This document shows, piece after piece, positions 21,295 to 31,540 of a DNA stretch of 64,000 nt. Source of the DNA: Methanofollis sp. (GTDB taxonomy: Archaea; Halobacteriota; Methanomicrobia; Methanomicrobiales; Methanofollaceae); the NCBI GenBank assembly GCA_030156225.1, contig JASGMW010000001.1, positions 3,364 to 67,363 on the forward strand, written 5' to 3'. Position numbers and translations under genes: made by a program. The notes beneath the pieces were generated by a model that saw nothing but the letters and a program-made list of their open reading frames with translations, had not been told where the DNA came from and ran no database searches. Position 1 is the stretch's first letter. Every line of letters begins with the position of its first letter.

Positions 21295-22891
21295 GATCGA
21301 GTTCGAGCGCCGCCACCGGATGTTCGAGAGAGAAGGCGGCGAGCACCTCAGGGTGGATCTCGCCGAAGACCCCGACGATCGTTCCGTTCACGACGACATC
21401 GCCGCGGCGGCCGTCGATGAACGCCGGATCTGCGGATTCGGCGAACCCGGGCGAGAGGCCGAGCTCCCGGCAGAGGGCGTCCATCGCGGCGTAGGCCTCG
21501 GAGAAGTCGGCCGCCGCATGGATGGAGACGGCGGCGACGGTCTGCATCGTCGTCTCGCCCCTGATCACGTCGCCGGCGGCGAAGATCCGCTGGGGAAGCT
21601 CGCGGTGACGGTTGATTTCAAGGGTCTCCATGAGCAGGGGGAGGATATGGGTGCGCACCACGCTCTGGTCCTCGGTGATCGGCTTCGCCACCGGGAGGAC
21701 GTCGGGCGAAGGCGGCCGGCCCATCCGCTCGTAGAGCACCTTCCCGGAGGTGAGGGTGAAAGGCAGCACTTCGAGGTAGCCGAGGCCGGTGAAGATCGTG
21801 CGGACCGTCCGTTCGAGGGCGGAGATCGGGTGCTCTCTGCCCGTGGTGGAGGTCCCCGGAAGAACGGCATCGAAATGGTCGTAGCCGTATGCGACGGCGA
21901 CGTCCTCGAAGAGGTCCCGGTCGTGCATGATGTCGGCGCGGTACGGCGGCACCAGCACCCGAACCCTGCCGTCCGGAAGAGGCTCGGCGCCGAAACGCAT
22001 CTTCCTGAGAAGCGCCGCCATCGTCGCCGCGTCGAGGTCGAGCCCGAGAAGACGGGCGCAATCGACCGGGCTGACGATCCGCTCTGCCGGGCTGAGGTCA
22101 GGGCACGCAACGCCGTCGATCGAAACGCTCTCGATCGTCGCCCCGGCCCCGGCAAGGGCGGTGCAGATGATCTTCGCCGCCATCTGCACGGCCCGATCGT
22201 CGGTGCCGGTGCAGTCGAGCAGGATGTTCCTCGTCTCTGTCGTCACCCGCGTCAGTTCGCCGTTGATGATCGGCGGGAAGGAGAGGACGCGGTCCTCTGC
22301 ATCGACGATGAGGGGGAAGCGGTCAAAGTTCTCGACAAGATGGGCATAGTCCCGGCCCTTCGGGTGATCCGCCAGGATCTCCTCCATCGAAAGGTCCTCC
22401 GTAAAGTCGAGCGGGACAAAGCGGCGGTCCCGCGGGGAGGCCAGGTAGCGAAACGGCGGTCTGACGGCGTCCATGTCGTGGACGCCGATCGCCACCTTCC
22501 GCCGGCCCCGGCCGAGCGCCCAGTGGAGCGACTCCTGCAGCCCCATCAGGCTCTCGATCCCGGCTTCGTCGAGGCGGACGTTCCTGATCACGGCCGACGC
22601 GAGGTATGGCCGGATTTCGGCGAGGGCCGGGTCGACCGAGAAGGCGATCCCGGAGGGAGTAACCGGGTACGCGGGGAGCCCCTCCTCGATCCCGAGAAAA
22701 CCCCGCATGGCGCGGGCCACGCCCTCCGTGGAGTAGAGGTCCACGCGGCTCGGAAAGAACTCCACGTCCACATGATCTTCAAAGGTCCGCTCGATGTCCG
22801 AGCCGATCATCGGCAGCCGCTCGATGATGGTCTGCCGGTCGGTGCCGGTCAGCCGTTCGAGATATTCATAGTTGAGCCGAATTATTGCCAT
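21251..22891 (-). CDS. pheT: Phenylalanine-tRNA ligase beta subunit (archaeal)
   Basis: [51 protein letters not shown]. Confidence 0.96.
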   Translation of the reverse strand: MAIIRLNYEYLERLTGTDRQTIIERLPMIGSDIERTFEDHVDVEFFPSRVDLYSTEGVARAMRGFLGIEEGLPAYPVTPSGIAFSVDPALAEIRPYLASAVIRNVRLDEAGIESLMGLQESLHWALGRGRRKVAIGVHDMDAVRPPFRYLASPRDRRFVPLDFTEDLSMEEILADHPKGRDYAHLVENFDRFPLIVDAEDRVLSFPPIINGELTRVTTETRNILLDCTGTDDRAVQMAAKIICTALAGAGATIESVSIDGVACPDLSPAERIVSPVDCARLLGLDLDAATMAALLRKMRFGAEPLPDGRVRVLVPPYRADIMHDRDLFEDVAVAYGYDHFDAVLPGTSTTGREHPISALERTVRTIFTGLGYLEVLPFTLTSGKVLYERMGRPPSPDVLPVAKPITEDQSVVRTHILPLLMETLEINRHRELPQRIFAAGDVIRGETTMQTVAAVSIHAAADFSEAYAAMDALCRELGLSPGFAESADPAFIDGRRGDVVVNGTIVGVFGEIHPEVLAAFSLEHPVAALELDLTAVPGYPVRPDTP

Positions 22892-22894
22892 ATC

Positions 22895-24328
22895 TCACTC
22901 CCCCTTCCCGATCACCGGGGTCTCCCTGATCCAGTCGATATCGCTCCGATAGAGCTGCCTGAGATCTTTCAGGCCGAGTTTGAGCATGCCGACGCGGGAG
23001 ATCCCGAGCCCCCATGCGAGCACCGGGGCCTCGATCCCCCACGGAGCGGTGACCTCTTCCCTGAAGACACCGGCGCCGCCGAGTTCCACCCAGCCGAGCC
23101 CGTCCACCCGGACCTCGGGTTCGACCGAGGGCTCGGTGTACGGGAAGTAGCCTGGACGGAAGCGGACGTTCGCAAAGCCCATTCTCTGGTAGAACTCCCG
23201 CAGGTAGCCGAGGAGGTGGCGGAAGGTGACGTCTTCGTCCATGACAATCCCCTCGAGCTGCTCGAATCCGGGCTGATGGGTCGGGTCGATCGCCTCGCGC
23301 CGGTAGACCTGGCCGAGGGCGAAGGCCTTCACCGGGGGCCAGGGATTTTCGATGAGATAGCGGAGCGAGAGCGGGGTCGTGTGAGTGCGGAGCACGCACT
23401 GCTTCGCCTTTGCAGCATCCCAGACGCCGCCCCACCCGGTCGAAGAGGTTGCGCCGCCGTGCTCGTGCATGTCGCGCACGCCCTCCCAGCCCGCGGGCAG
23501 GGATTCGGTGCGGTCGAGGTAGAAGGTGTCCTGCATCTCGCGGGCCGGATGGTCCTGCGGCTGGAAGAGAGCGTCGAAATCCCAGAAGGCCGAGAGGACG
23601 ATCTCCCCACGCATCTCCGCAAAACCCATGTCCTGGAGGATGCGTTTGACCTCGTCGATGATCCGCTGGTACGGATGGGACTTGCCCGGATAGATCCGTT
23701 TCGGCGGGGTCTGGAGGCTGTAGCGGCGGAGGTTCGCTGTCCGCCACGAGCCCGAGAGGATCTGATCCCGCGTCAGCGTCCCGATCTCTTCCCTGAGATC
23801 GAGACCGGGCTCGACGAGCGCCGTGCCGGCCGGGGTGATCGCGATCAGATAGGCGGCCTCCTCGACCTCGACGGCAAGGTTGCGCCTGAGAAGATCAGGG
23901 ATGCCGGGCATTCCCTCCCGCGGCGCGGCAAGGGCGATCTCGTCGTCGCCAGGCGGCGCCGCGCCGCAGGTCTCGGCGACGCCGTTTTTGATCGCGATCC
24001 ATCCCTTTTTCCGCAGCCAGCCGATGCCGATCCTGGAGAGCGGGAGGGCCTGGAGATCTTTCATCGGTATCCCGCCGCCAATCTGCTCCAGCATCTGCCG
24101 TTCGGGCAGCCCGGATCTCCGGTATTCCTCCCCCTCGGGCGTGAGCGCATAGGTCTTCGTGACCGTCCGCTCGACCGTCACGAGGCCGCGGTCGGCGCAG
24201 AGGTGGGCATACTGCACGACCGCCTCCTCTGATGTTCCGAGCGCCCCTGCAAGGGTGTCGGCATCCGCCCTGCCGCGAGGGGCGAGGGCGACGAGCAGCC
24301 GTTTTTCGTTCAGAGTGAGATCATCCAT
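22895..24328 (-). CDS. pheS: Phenylalanine-tRNA ligase alpha subunit (archaeal)
   Basis: FDALFQPQDHPAREMQDTF, LRTHTT, YFPYTEPS, ELGGAG, WGLG; ATG 24328 overlaps the trpS stop. Confidence 0.96.
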   Translation of the reverse strand: MDDLTLNEKRLLVALAPRGRADADTLAGALGTSEEAVVQYAHLCADRGLVTVERTVTKTYALTPEGEEYRRSGLPERQMLEQIGGGIPMKDLQALPLSRIGIGWLRKKGWIAIKNGVAETCGAAPPGDDEIALAAPREGMPGIPDLLRRNLAVEVEEAAYLIAITPAGTALVEPGLDLREEIGTLTRDQILSGSWRTANLRRYSLQTPPKRIYPGKSHPYQRIIDEVKRILQDMGFAEMRGEIVLSAFWDFDALFQPQDHPAREMQDTFYLDRTESLPAGWEGVRDMHEHGGATSSTGWGGVWDAAKAKQCVLRTHTTPLSLRYLIENPWPPVKAFALGQVYRREAIDPTHQPGFEQLEGIVMDEDVTFRHLLGYLREFYQRMGFANVRFRPGYFPYTEPSVEPEVRVDGLGWVELGGAGVFREEVTAPWGIEAPVLAWGLGISRVGMLKLGLKDLRQLYRSDIDWIRETPVIGKGE

Positions 24329-25581
24329 TATCTTTCCACCAGATCTGTTGCTTCGTCCATCCGTTCCTTGAAGTCTCCGAGGAACGCCTGCGTCCGCGCC
24401 AGGGTCTCCTTCTTGCATGTCCCACACAGCAACTCGCCGTCCCGGCATTTTCGACATATTTCAGCGAGTTCGGCGTCGTCTTCGGCCATATGAAAGAGGT
24501 TCAGGAGATAGACCGGGCACTTCTCCGGCTCTCCGCCAAGGCGTTTCTGCTCGTCGAGCGTCATCCGTCCACCGGTCAGGGCGCCCATCACCTTCTTTTT
24601 GAGGTCGCTGTCGGTCTCCCGGAGGGAGATGAAACTCTCGGGAACCGACGACGACATCTTTCCGCCCTGCAGACCTGGCATGAAGGTGTGATAGGTGGAC
24701 GACGGGGCGACAAAACCGAAGCCCCCGTGCTCGATCTCGATCCGGCGCACCGCTTCCTCGACCGGAGCGAACGAGGCCCCGGGGATGTCGACGTGGCCCT
24801 CGTACCGCTTCGAGCCAGGAAACGCCAGATGGACCGCATCGATCGCCGGCCCGGGGGCGTTTTTGGACCGAACGCTGATGCAGCCGTCGCGGGGCTCGAC
24901 GAGAAACATCCGCATTTTGTAGGCGACATCCCGTGTGAGCCTGATATGGGGGTCCTGATCGATCCCGACCGGGACGACGGTCGGGGCCGGGCCGCAGTCT
25001 GCCTGCGGGAAGAGAATGTCCGCGACCTGGGTCGCCACGCTCATCGCATGGGCCAGCGCCGTCTCCTGCGAAAAACCGTAGATCGCCTGGAGATCAGAGA
25101 AGTTGATCTTCGTCGCCGCCTCGAAGGCGAGATCCTTTAAGGGGTTGTTCTCGCTCTGGTAGTAGGTCTTCCCCTCGTAGCCGAGGGCGTACAGGCAGGC
25201 GAGGTATTCCCGTCCGAACTCCCTGCACGTATCCCAGGATATTCCCCGGACGGCGTGCGCTTCCCGGTCGGCGACGGCGACGTAACCCTGTCCCCCCTGC
25301 TGCACGTGCCAGACCACCTCCTTCATCACCATCAGGTGGCCGAGATGCGGGTGGCCCGAAGGCATGAACCCGGTCATCACGTTGAAAGGCGCTCTCTTCC
25401 TGATGGCGTCTGCGATCCGGCCGTAGTCCCGGTGGCCGACGACGATGCCCCGGCGCACGAAAGAGGGAACGGTGGGGAGGCGGTCAACAACATTTTTCAT
25501 CGGTTCGATGCCGAATTCGGAGAAAAGTTTTCCGACATCCACCGTCTGGCTGTTTGCCCATGGATTGATCCCCTGCTGCAT
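24328..25581 (-). CDS. trpS: Tryptophan-tRNA ligase
   Basis: PSGHPHLGH (HIGH), GIDQDPH, KMSSS, ALTGGR, CGTCK. Confidence 0.96.
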   Translation of the reverse strand: MQQGINPWANSQTVDVGKLFSEFGIEPMKNVVDRLPTVPSFVRRGIVVGHRDYGRIADAIRKRAPFNVMTGFMPSGHPHLGHLMVMKEVVWHVQQGGQGYVAVADREAHAVRGISWDTCREFGREYLACLYALGYEGKTYYQSENNPLKDLAFEAATKINFSDLQAIYGFSQETALAHAMSVATQVADILFPQADCGPAPTVVPVGIDQDPHIRLTRDVAYKMRMFLVEPRDGCISVRSKNAPGPAIDAVHLAFPGSKRYEGHVDIPGASFAPVEEAVRRIEIEHGGFGFVAPSSTYHTFMPGLQGGKMSSSVPESFISLRETDSDLKKKVMGALTGGRMTLDEQKRLGGEPEKCPVYLLNLFHMAEDDAELAEICRKCRDGELLCGTCKKETLARTQAFLGDFKERMDEATDLVER

Positions 25582-25591
25582 AAGTCGTATC

Positions 25592-26599
25592 TCACAGTTT
25601 TATTCGCGCAAATTCGATGTACTGAATCTCATCCGTATGTACGCAGGCAAACAACATCTTTTTTTTGACGCTGTTCGCAAGCCTGACCGAACGGGAGATC
25701 GCAGCCATGGGAAGGGCGGTGCCCGCGGGGATGGCGTGGGCGAGGAGAGGGGAATGCTGCATCCCTTCAGTATAAACCCTGAAATGGTGGCCGAATTTGT
25801 AGCCGGTCTTCGGGCCGCAGCCGCGGCGGCGCAGGTCAGCGTAGACGATCGCCTTTTCTGCAAGCTCGCCATCGGTTGCCGAGGCGACCCCGTAATATGC
25901 CTCGCGGGAGAGGGGAGCCCCATCCATGAGAAGAGTCAGGCGGCCCGTGTCCATCAGGTGCAGAACTTCGACAGGCGAGAGCATGATCTCTTCGGAATCG
26001 AGGGGTTTGCCGTAGCCCTCCGCCGCGAGCCACGGCGCATCGGCCGCGCGCACCAGCACGACCGCACCGCAGGCTTCGCCGCCGACCCGACCTTCGTACC
26101 CACCTGCACCGGCGTCTGCAAGGTGGTTGACCTTCACCTCATAGTAGGTGAGTTCTCCCTCGTCGTCCACCGCCGCGATAAGGTACTGTTTGCGCATGTT
26201 TCCGGCCGTCGCCACCTCGGCGACGATCTGGTCGAAGTCCACCAGGTCGCGCTCGGCCCGCACCCTGACGAGGTACTGGGACTGACCCTTTCCCGGTCGG
26301 TCGCCCCGGCGAAAAACCCGGAAGTCCTGCGGCCCGGTCTGGAGAGCGTAACCCCTTTCCCGCAGGTCGCGGTAGACGAGGTAACGCCTGAAAAACCCGG
26401 CATCGTCTGACATTTCGGCAAGAAGCCCGGAGAACGTGTGGTCGGCCACCTCGATCCGGTTCCGCCAGAGGAGATAGAGCGCTTCCTCAAGGGCGAGGCG
26501 GAGCCCCCCTTTTTCAGGACGGCCATAGCCGCCGCTCTCGTAGAGCGAGAGGCCGTCCTGTCCGAGACGAAGGCTTTTGCCGTCGAATGTTGCCTTCAC
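25592..26599 (-). CDS. endA: tRNA-splicing endonuclease (two-unit alpha2 type)
   Basis: Tandem repeats LEEALYL/VYRDLRERG and VYADLRRRG..KTGYKFG..FRVY; catalytic Y/H/K region in the C-terminal unit. Confidence 0.92.
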   Translation of the reverse strand: MKATFDGKSLRLGQDGLSLYESGGYGRPEKGGLRLALEEALYLLWRNRIEVADHTFSGLLAEMSDDAGFFRRYLVYRDLRERGYALQTGPQDFRVFRRGDRPGKGQSQYLVRVRAERDLVDFDQIVAEVATAGNMRKQYLIAAVDDEGELTYYEVKVNHLADAGAGGYEGRVGGEACGAVVLVRAADAPWLAAEGYGKPLDSEEIMLSPVEVLHLMDTGRLTLLMDGAPLSREAYYGVASATDGELAEKAIVYADLRRRGCGPKTGYKFGHHFRVYTEGMQHSPLLAHAIPAGTALPMAAISRSVRLANSVKKKMLFACVHTDEIQYIEFARIKL

Positions 26600-26664
26600 G
26601 TGGAGGTAAGGTGGGCGGGCCGCGGATATTAAAGATGGGGAACAGCAGATCGAGGCGGGGTGGT

Positions 26665-27166
26665 TCAGGCCTTTCTGATCTCGGTGTAGAGGGAGACCAG
26701 AGAGAGGCTGATCAGGTTGAGGGTGGTCGCGGCGTACCAGAGAGAGGATTCAAGCGGCGTGAGGGTTTGCGATCCATCCCGACCAGAGCATGGCGCAGAT
26801 GATCGAGAACGAAAAAAGGGTATCGACGGCGAGAAAGACTGTCGGCATGGAAAAGATGCGCCCGATCTGTGCGATGGTGCAGTACTCGAAGGGAGAGGGC
26901 CTGCCCGAAAGGTCGAGAACCGCCCGCCCCGTATTCATCAGGAGGTCGGCACCGGCCCAGACGACAACGAACCATCCGAAAACGGTGAGAAGAGGATGCG
27001 AAAACGAACCGATGCGGATCGCACTCACGCCAAAGAGCAGTTTGAAAATGCAGAACGGAATGCCTATGGTGAGGCTCAGGAAAAACGGGCGCCCGATAAA
27101 TCTCCGGGCGGCATCGGATTTCCGACCATGACACTCAGAGCGGGGCTCACCCTCCTTCGACGACAT
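26665..27166 (-). pseudogene. Membrane protein gene split by a one-base frameshift
   Basis: The ORF stops at ...SGWIANPHAA*. Removing one base in AAACCC (26763-26768) gives ...WIA-LTPLESSLWYAATTLNLISLSLVSLYTEIRKA*, which adds a TM helix. Confidence 0.7.
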
Positions 27167-27353
27167 GATATCTGGTGATGCCACGTTTCTTTCAGGGGAT
27201 TGTTTGCGCGTCCCTCCCATATTATCAATCGCCCGGAAAACAAACAACGCCGCACGGCACGGTCGAGGGTGCAGGGAAGGAACGCCCGACAGAGATGATC
27301 CATATCCGTACAGAGCGGCAGATGGAGGGATTGCGGCAAAAAATACGATTTAT

Positions 27354-27599
27354 CTTGCGGGGGTGAAGGGGGCGGAGCGGGAAGACCCCACCCTTCAGGG
27401 ATAAAAACGGAGCCGCCCTTCCCGCAATTCGTTTTAAGACGATACATTTTTAAAACTCCTCTCTCCCATACGATGTTGTTTCAGGTGCGAGAACCAGGCA
27501 ACTGCGACCTACAATCTGCTGTAGGGCAGGAACTGCCCGAACAGAATAATCAACGCCCGTGGAGATCGAGTAAGACCCACACAGGCGCGGGGTAGTTCA
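27354..27599 (+). mobile_element. Internally deleted IS605/IS1341-type (tnpB) miniature element with omega-RNA-like remnant
   Basis: TTTAT TAM-like motif, left-end hairpin (TTGCGGG..AAGGGGGCGG / CCGCCCTTCCCGCAA), tnpB 3'-end-like GTAGGGCAGGAACTGCCCGAA..ACGCCCGTGGAGAT, right end GCGGGGTAGTTCA. Confidence 0.7.
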
Positions 27600-27698
27600 G
27601 AGTGAAAAATCCATAAAGCCCGGGAACACCCCACGCGACGAACTGCCGCCACACCACCCACTATATATCCCGGGCGTCGACCTTCATATCAGATACCC

Positions 27699-28607
27699 AT
27701 GGGTCAGAAACCGCCGCGGCTGAAGTTTTTTCCGTTCTACCTCGTCGGAATCATCCTCGTCCTCGCCACGCCCTCGACCCTCGGCTACATGGCATGGGAG
27801 GGGCAGAACACATCGGTCACGGTTCTCGCCATGACAGGCGCCCCCGACAGGATCGTATTCATCGCCGACCCCCACGTCAGGGAGGACAACGTCGGGTATA
27901 TCAGAGAAGTGATCGGCGAGATCAACACCCTTCATCCGTCCGTTGTCCTCATCGGGGGGGATTTTGTCTATGGCGAACACCCTGACCTATCCCTGCAGGA
28001 GGTATGGAAGGAGATCGACGCCCCGACCTATGCCGTGCTCGGCAACCACGACTATAAAGCCGGGGTCGACGCCGTCAGCGGAGTTGAAAAGATCATCGCC
28101 GTATCAGAGACGAACCGCACGGTCGAAGGCTACGACATGAGCGCCCTGAAGGACGGGACGGTCGATACCGCCTTCGCCGACACCCTCGCCGCCGTTCTCG
28201 AAGAGAACGGGGTTCGGGTGCTCAGAAACGAATATCTCATCCTTGATATCGGCGGCACTCCCCTTCTGCTCGTCGGCGTCGACGACGGATGGGCCGGGAT
28301 GGCGGCACCTCCGCAGGTGCCAGAGACCGATGCCTTCACGATCTACCTGATCCACGAACCCGAGTGCCGGGCCGACTGGGATGCCGACCTGATCCTCGCG
28401 GGCCATACCCACGGCGGGCAGGTCATGGTGCCGGGCATAAAAGAGTTGAACGACAACGGCGTCCTCGAACTTTCCGGTCTCGTGCAGAAAGGAGAGGCGC
28501 CGCTCTACATCACGCGCGGCCTCGCCACCTCGAACCTCAGGACCGACCTGCGACTGAACGCCCCTCCCGAGATCGTGGTGATAAGACCGTCCCTCTCTTC
28601 ATCATGA
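27699..28607 (+). CDS. Membrane-anchored metallophosphoesterase (YkuE-like)
   Basis: ADPH, GGDFV, LGNHD, HEP, GHTHGGQ. Confidence 0.9.
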   Translation: MGQKPPRLKFFPFYLVGIILVLATPSTLGYMAWEGQNTSVTVLAMTGAPDRIVFIADPHVREDNVGYIREVIGEINTLHPSVVLIGGDFVYGEHPDLSLQEVWKEIDAPTYAVLGNHDYKAGVDAVSGVEKIIAVSETNRTVEGYDMSALKDGTVDTAFADTLAAVLEENGVRVLRNEYLILDIGGTPLLLVGVDDGWAGMAAPPQVPETDAFTIYLIHEPECRADWDADLILAGHTHGGQVMVPGIKELNDNGVLELSGLVQKGEAPLYITRGLATSNLRTDLRLNAPPEIVVIRPSLSSS

Positions 28608-29243
28608 CTCTTTTAAATGACCGGGTTTCAAAAACATCCCGGCCACCTTATCTTTTGTCAGCCGCCGCAGGTAGAAATTCCCGACGGCGGCGATGATGAC
28701 GGCTCCGAACAGGTCGAAGATCAGATCGGTCATCGTATCGTCGAGGCCGTGCTGGAGTTCCGTCTGGAAGAGGATATCGAAGAGGTACTCGTATATCTCC
28801 CAGAAAGCGCCGAGGGCCATGGTGAAAATCACGATAAAAAAGACGATCATCCACCTTGTGAGCTGCAGACTGGAATAGCGGTCGACGAGCACGACCAGCG
28901 CGAACCCGAGGATCGAGACAGTGATCGAGGAGACAAAATGAGCGATCTTGTCATAATACGGGGAAAAAACCACATAATAATCTGAAACATGCCCGGCAAG
29001 ATGGAGATAGAGAGAGAGGGCGATGAGCAGGTTCACCTCCCACGGCATGCAGATGTCGGTCCGTCTGCTGACGATATACGGAACGACGGTGAGAAAAAAA
29101 CCGAACAAACCCACCAGAGTCATAAAAATGTCCCCGATCCAGAGAGTGTAGCCTATATCCAGGAGGATGAGGCCCTGTACAAAGTATGCAAGGTCTCTTC
29201 CTGGAGAGCCATATGAGCGTCGCATCAACAGATCCTTCTTCAC
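28602..29243 (-). CDS. Hypothetical membrane protein (DUF2238/VanZ-like)
   Basis: H..G, YDKIAHF, WEIYE, DTMTDL motifs across ~6 TM helices. Confidence 0.75.
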   Translation of the reverse strand: MKKDLLMRRSYGSPGRDLAYFVQGLILLDIGYTLWIGDIFMTLVGLFGFFLTVVPYIVSRRTDICMPWEVNLLIALSLYLHLAGHVSDYYVVFSPYYDKIAHFVSSITVSILGFALVVLVDRYSSLQLTRWMIVFFIVIFTMALGAFWEIYEYLFDILFQTELQHGLDDTMTDLIFDLFGAVIIAAVGNFYLRRLTKDKVAGMFLKPGHLKES

Positions 29244-29357
29244 GGGTCAGGATATATCTTCTCCTGCCCGCCGGTGCTCTCCGGCATCGTTCGGGCGATT
29301 CCGGAAGCGGAAACAGACCCGCTCCCGGAAAACGTGGTGCGTGCAGAAAAAAAAGGT

Positions 29358-30575
29358 TCAGAAAGACCGCACTTTCTCGGCGAGTGCGAGCCCTGCCCGA
29401 TAACAGGCCTCGCGCTCTTCGGGGTCGGGCCTGAACACGACCTCGTAGCCGTCCCCGAGAACCTCGATCCCGGCCTTCTGCATGGATTCACCAATCTGCT
29501 TCACGGCGCCGCCGTGGCCGCCGTGCGAACCGAAGGCGAAGCCGATCTTCTTCTGGGTGAGGCGACCTGGCGAAAGGCCGCGGAGGTACGAGAGGAACCC
29601 GGCCACAGTCGGCAGCACCTCGTCGTCAAGCGTCGGGGAACCGATCAGGATCGCCTTCGAGTCGAGCAGCTCGGTGACGATATCAGAACGATGGCAGCCC
29701 TCGTACCGGCCGTCCCGCAGGAGACAGACCTTCACCTCAAGCCCGCCGTCCATGGCGCCGTCGGCGAGCGCCTGCGCCATCCGGTCGGTGGAGCCGTGCA
29801 TCGTGTCGTACACGATCGTCACCTTGTCCTTCGAGACGCCTTTCGACCAGTCGGTATAGGCCTGCAGGATATCGCCCGCATACGACCGCCATATGACACC
29901 GTGAGACGGTGCGATCATCGAGATCACGATGCCGAGACTGCCGACCTGATCGAGTTTCTTCAATACCTTCGGGGCGAGCGGGATGATCAGGTTCGCAAAG
30001 AACTTCTGCGCGTGCGCGAGAGAGGCGTCCCTCCCTAATTCGTCGTCGAACCGCTCCGAAGAAGCGACGTGCTGACCGAAGGCGTCGTTCGGGAAGAGGA
30101 TCTCGTCTTCGGCGAGATAGGTGAACATCGAGTCAGGCCAGTGAAGCATCGGCGCTTCGAGGAAGGTAAGAGTCTTGCCGCCCAGTGCGAGGGCGTCTCC
30201 GGTCCTGACGATCTGCAGGTTCCAGTCCTGCGTATCATAATGGCGCCCGAAGCCCTTCACGGCGACTTCCGTGCAGTAGATGGGCACGCCCGGAAACATC
30301 CTGACCATCTTCGGCAGACCGCCGGAGTGGTCGACCTCGATGTGGTTGGCGACGATGGCGTCGATCGTCTTCGGGTCGACGACCGAGGCGATACGGCCGA
30401 GCACCTGCTCCTCGAAGCCGGGATAGCAGGTGTCGATCAGGACCGTCTTTTCCTTTCCTACCACAAGATAGGCATTATAGGTCGTTCCCGGAAGGGTGTA
30501 GCCGTGGTAGTCCCGGAGATTCCAGTCTATGGCGCCGACCCACCAGACACCTTCTGCAAGTTGTGTTGCCTTCAT
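29358..30575 (-). CDS. fprA: FprA-type flavodiiron protein (F420H2/NO/O2 reductase family)
   Basis: GTTYNAYL, HIEVDH, HWPDSM, DAFGQH, APSHG, flavodoxin YDTMHGST. Confidence 0.94.
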   Translation of the reverse strand: MKATQLAEGVWWVGAIDWNLRDYHGYTLPGTTYNAYLVVGKEKTVLIDTCYPGFEEQVLGRIASVVDPKTIDAIVANHIEVDHSGGLPKMVRMFPGVPIYCTEVAVKGFGRHYDTQDWNLQIVRTGDALALGGKTLTFLEAPMLHWPDSMFTYLAEDEILFPNDAFGQHVASSERFDDELGRDASLAHAQKFFANLIIPLAPKVLKKLDQVGSLGIVISMIAPSHGVIWRSYAGDILQAYTDWSKGVSKDKVTIVYDTMHGSTDRMAQALADGAMDGGLEVKVCLLRDGRYEGCHRSDIVTELLDSKAILIGSPTLDDEVLPTVAGFLSYLRGLSPGRLTQKKIGFAFGSHGGHGGAVKQIGESMQKAGIEVLGDGYEVVFRPDPEEREACYRAGLALAEKVRSF

Positions 30576-30591
30576 AGTTCTTCACCACTTG

Positions 30592-30629
30592 TTCGTAATG
30601 TTACTAACATTCGTTGGTATAGGAACGAA
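30592..30629. promoter_or_regulatory. Putative MsvR operator boxes
   Basis: TTCGTA-ATGT-TACTAA (30592-30607; one mismatch to TTCGTA-N4-TACGAA) and TTCGTT-N8-AACGAA (30610-30629) between divergent fprA and msvR. Confidence 0.7.
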
Positions 30630-30635
30630 CAATAT

Positions 30636-31436
30636 ATGAACCTTGCGGTGCCAGAGATCTGCGTGGATCGACGAAGAGAAAGCGGAACGGTGGAACTCCT
30701 TTCGAGCAGCAGTGGCGTCCACGCCGTAAAAAGCCCGGTGCGGGTTCTGATTCTGGAGACCCTCCAGGAAGGGGAGGTTCCCTTCGACGAGATCATGCGC
30801 AGGACCGGCCGGGCAAAGTCCACTGTTTCGGTGCATCTGCGGGACATGGTGAACGAGGGGATCGTCAACTGGCGCGTCGACCCGGAGGACGCACGGAAAA
30901 AACTTTTTTTCACCAACGCAGAGCGTATCGGCGCGTTGTCCATGTCCGGGCGGATTTCCGGGGAACTCGCCAGGTACACCGGCGATTACCGGGAGAGGGG
31001 AGGGGATCCCTTCGCGTATTACCGCCTGATGTTCAGAACGATCAGAGCGACGCTGATGCAGACCGGAATCAATCTCGATCCGATCTTCACCACGGCCGGC
31101 AGGGAAGTGGGGAGAGCGATACTGCCGATCGTCGAAGACGAAAAAACTGACGTGTTTCTCGAAAACGTCGCGGAGTTCTGGAAACAGCACGGTCTTGGAC
31201 GGATTGAAATCGGGAGCAAAGAGCCCCGCGAGATCTTCGTGTACGACTGCTTTGAGTGCGTGGACCTCCCCCACATCGGCCGTCCTGCCTGTTCGTTCGA
31301 TACCGGGGTACTCACCGCCCTTTTTTCGGGCCACGTCGGTCGGGAGGTCGTTGTCGTCGAGACACACTGCTATGCCGCCGGCGACCCGTACTGCCGGTTC
31401 GTCATCGAGTGCCGCGGGCAGCCAGAAAAATCGTAG
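30636..31436 (+). CDS. msvR: MsvR-like redox regulator (ArsR HTH + V4R)
   Basis: AKSTVSVHL HTH, DARKK, V4R motifs DCFEC, CSFDTG, ETHC...GD..C; divergent from fprA. Start is ATG 30636 or GTG 30663. Confidence 0.85.
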   Translation: MNLAVPEICVDRRRESGTVELLSSSSGVHAVKSPVRVLILETLQEGEVPFDEIMRRTGRAKSTVSVHLRDMVNEGIVNWRVDPEDARKKLFFTNAERIGALSMSGRISGELARYTGDYRERGGDPFAYYRLMFRTIRATLMQTGINLDPIFTTAGREVGRAILPIVEDEKTDVFLENVAEFWKQHGLGRIEIGSKEPREIFVYDCFECVDLPHIGRPACSFDTGVLTALFSGHVGREVVVVETHCYAAGDPYCRFVIECRGQPEKS

Positions 31437-31540
31437 TGAACCACACTGCCTGCATATGATTCAGGCGTCGCGCAAGCCCTGTTCGGAGAGACAGGGATCA
31501 TGAACCGATGCCGGCAGATTATAGTCCGACGATTTTTAAT

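Noticed and set aside
21206-24232. 1008-aa plus-strand ORF
   Set aside because: Antisense shadow of pheT/pheS in high-GC DNA; no recognisable motifs.
21251-24328. Odd residues in PheS/PheT (FWDFD, HQPGF, HDRDL) as altered specificity
   Set aside because: These positions vary among homologs or could be single-base errors; cannot be judged without an alignment.
30069-30635. N-terminal extension of the MsvR ORF
   Set aside because: Overlaps fprA on the opposite strand and the operator region.
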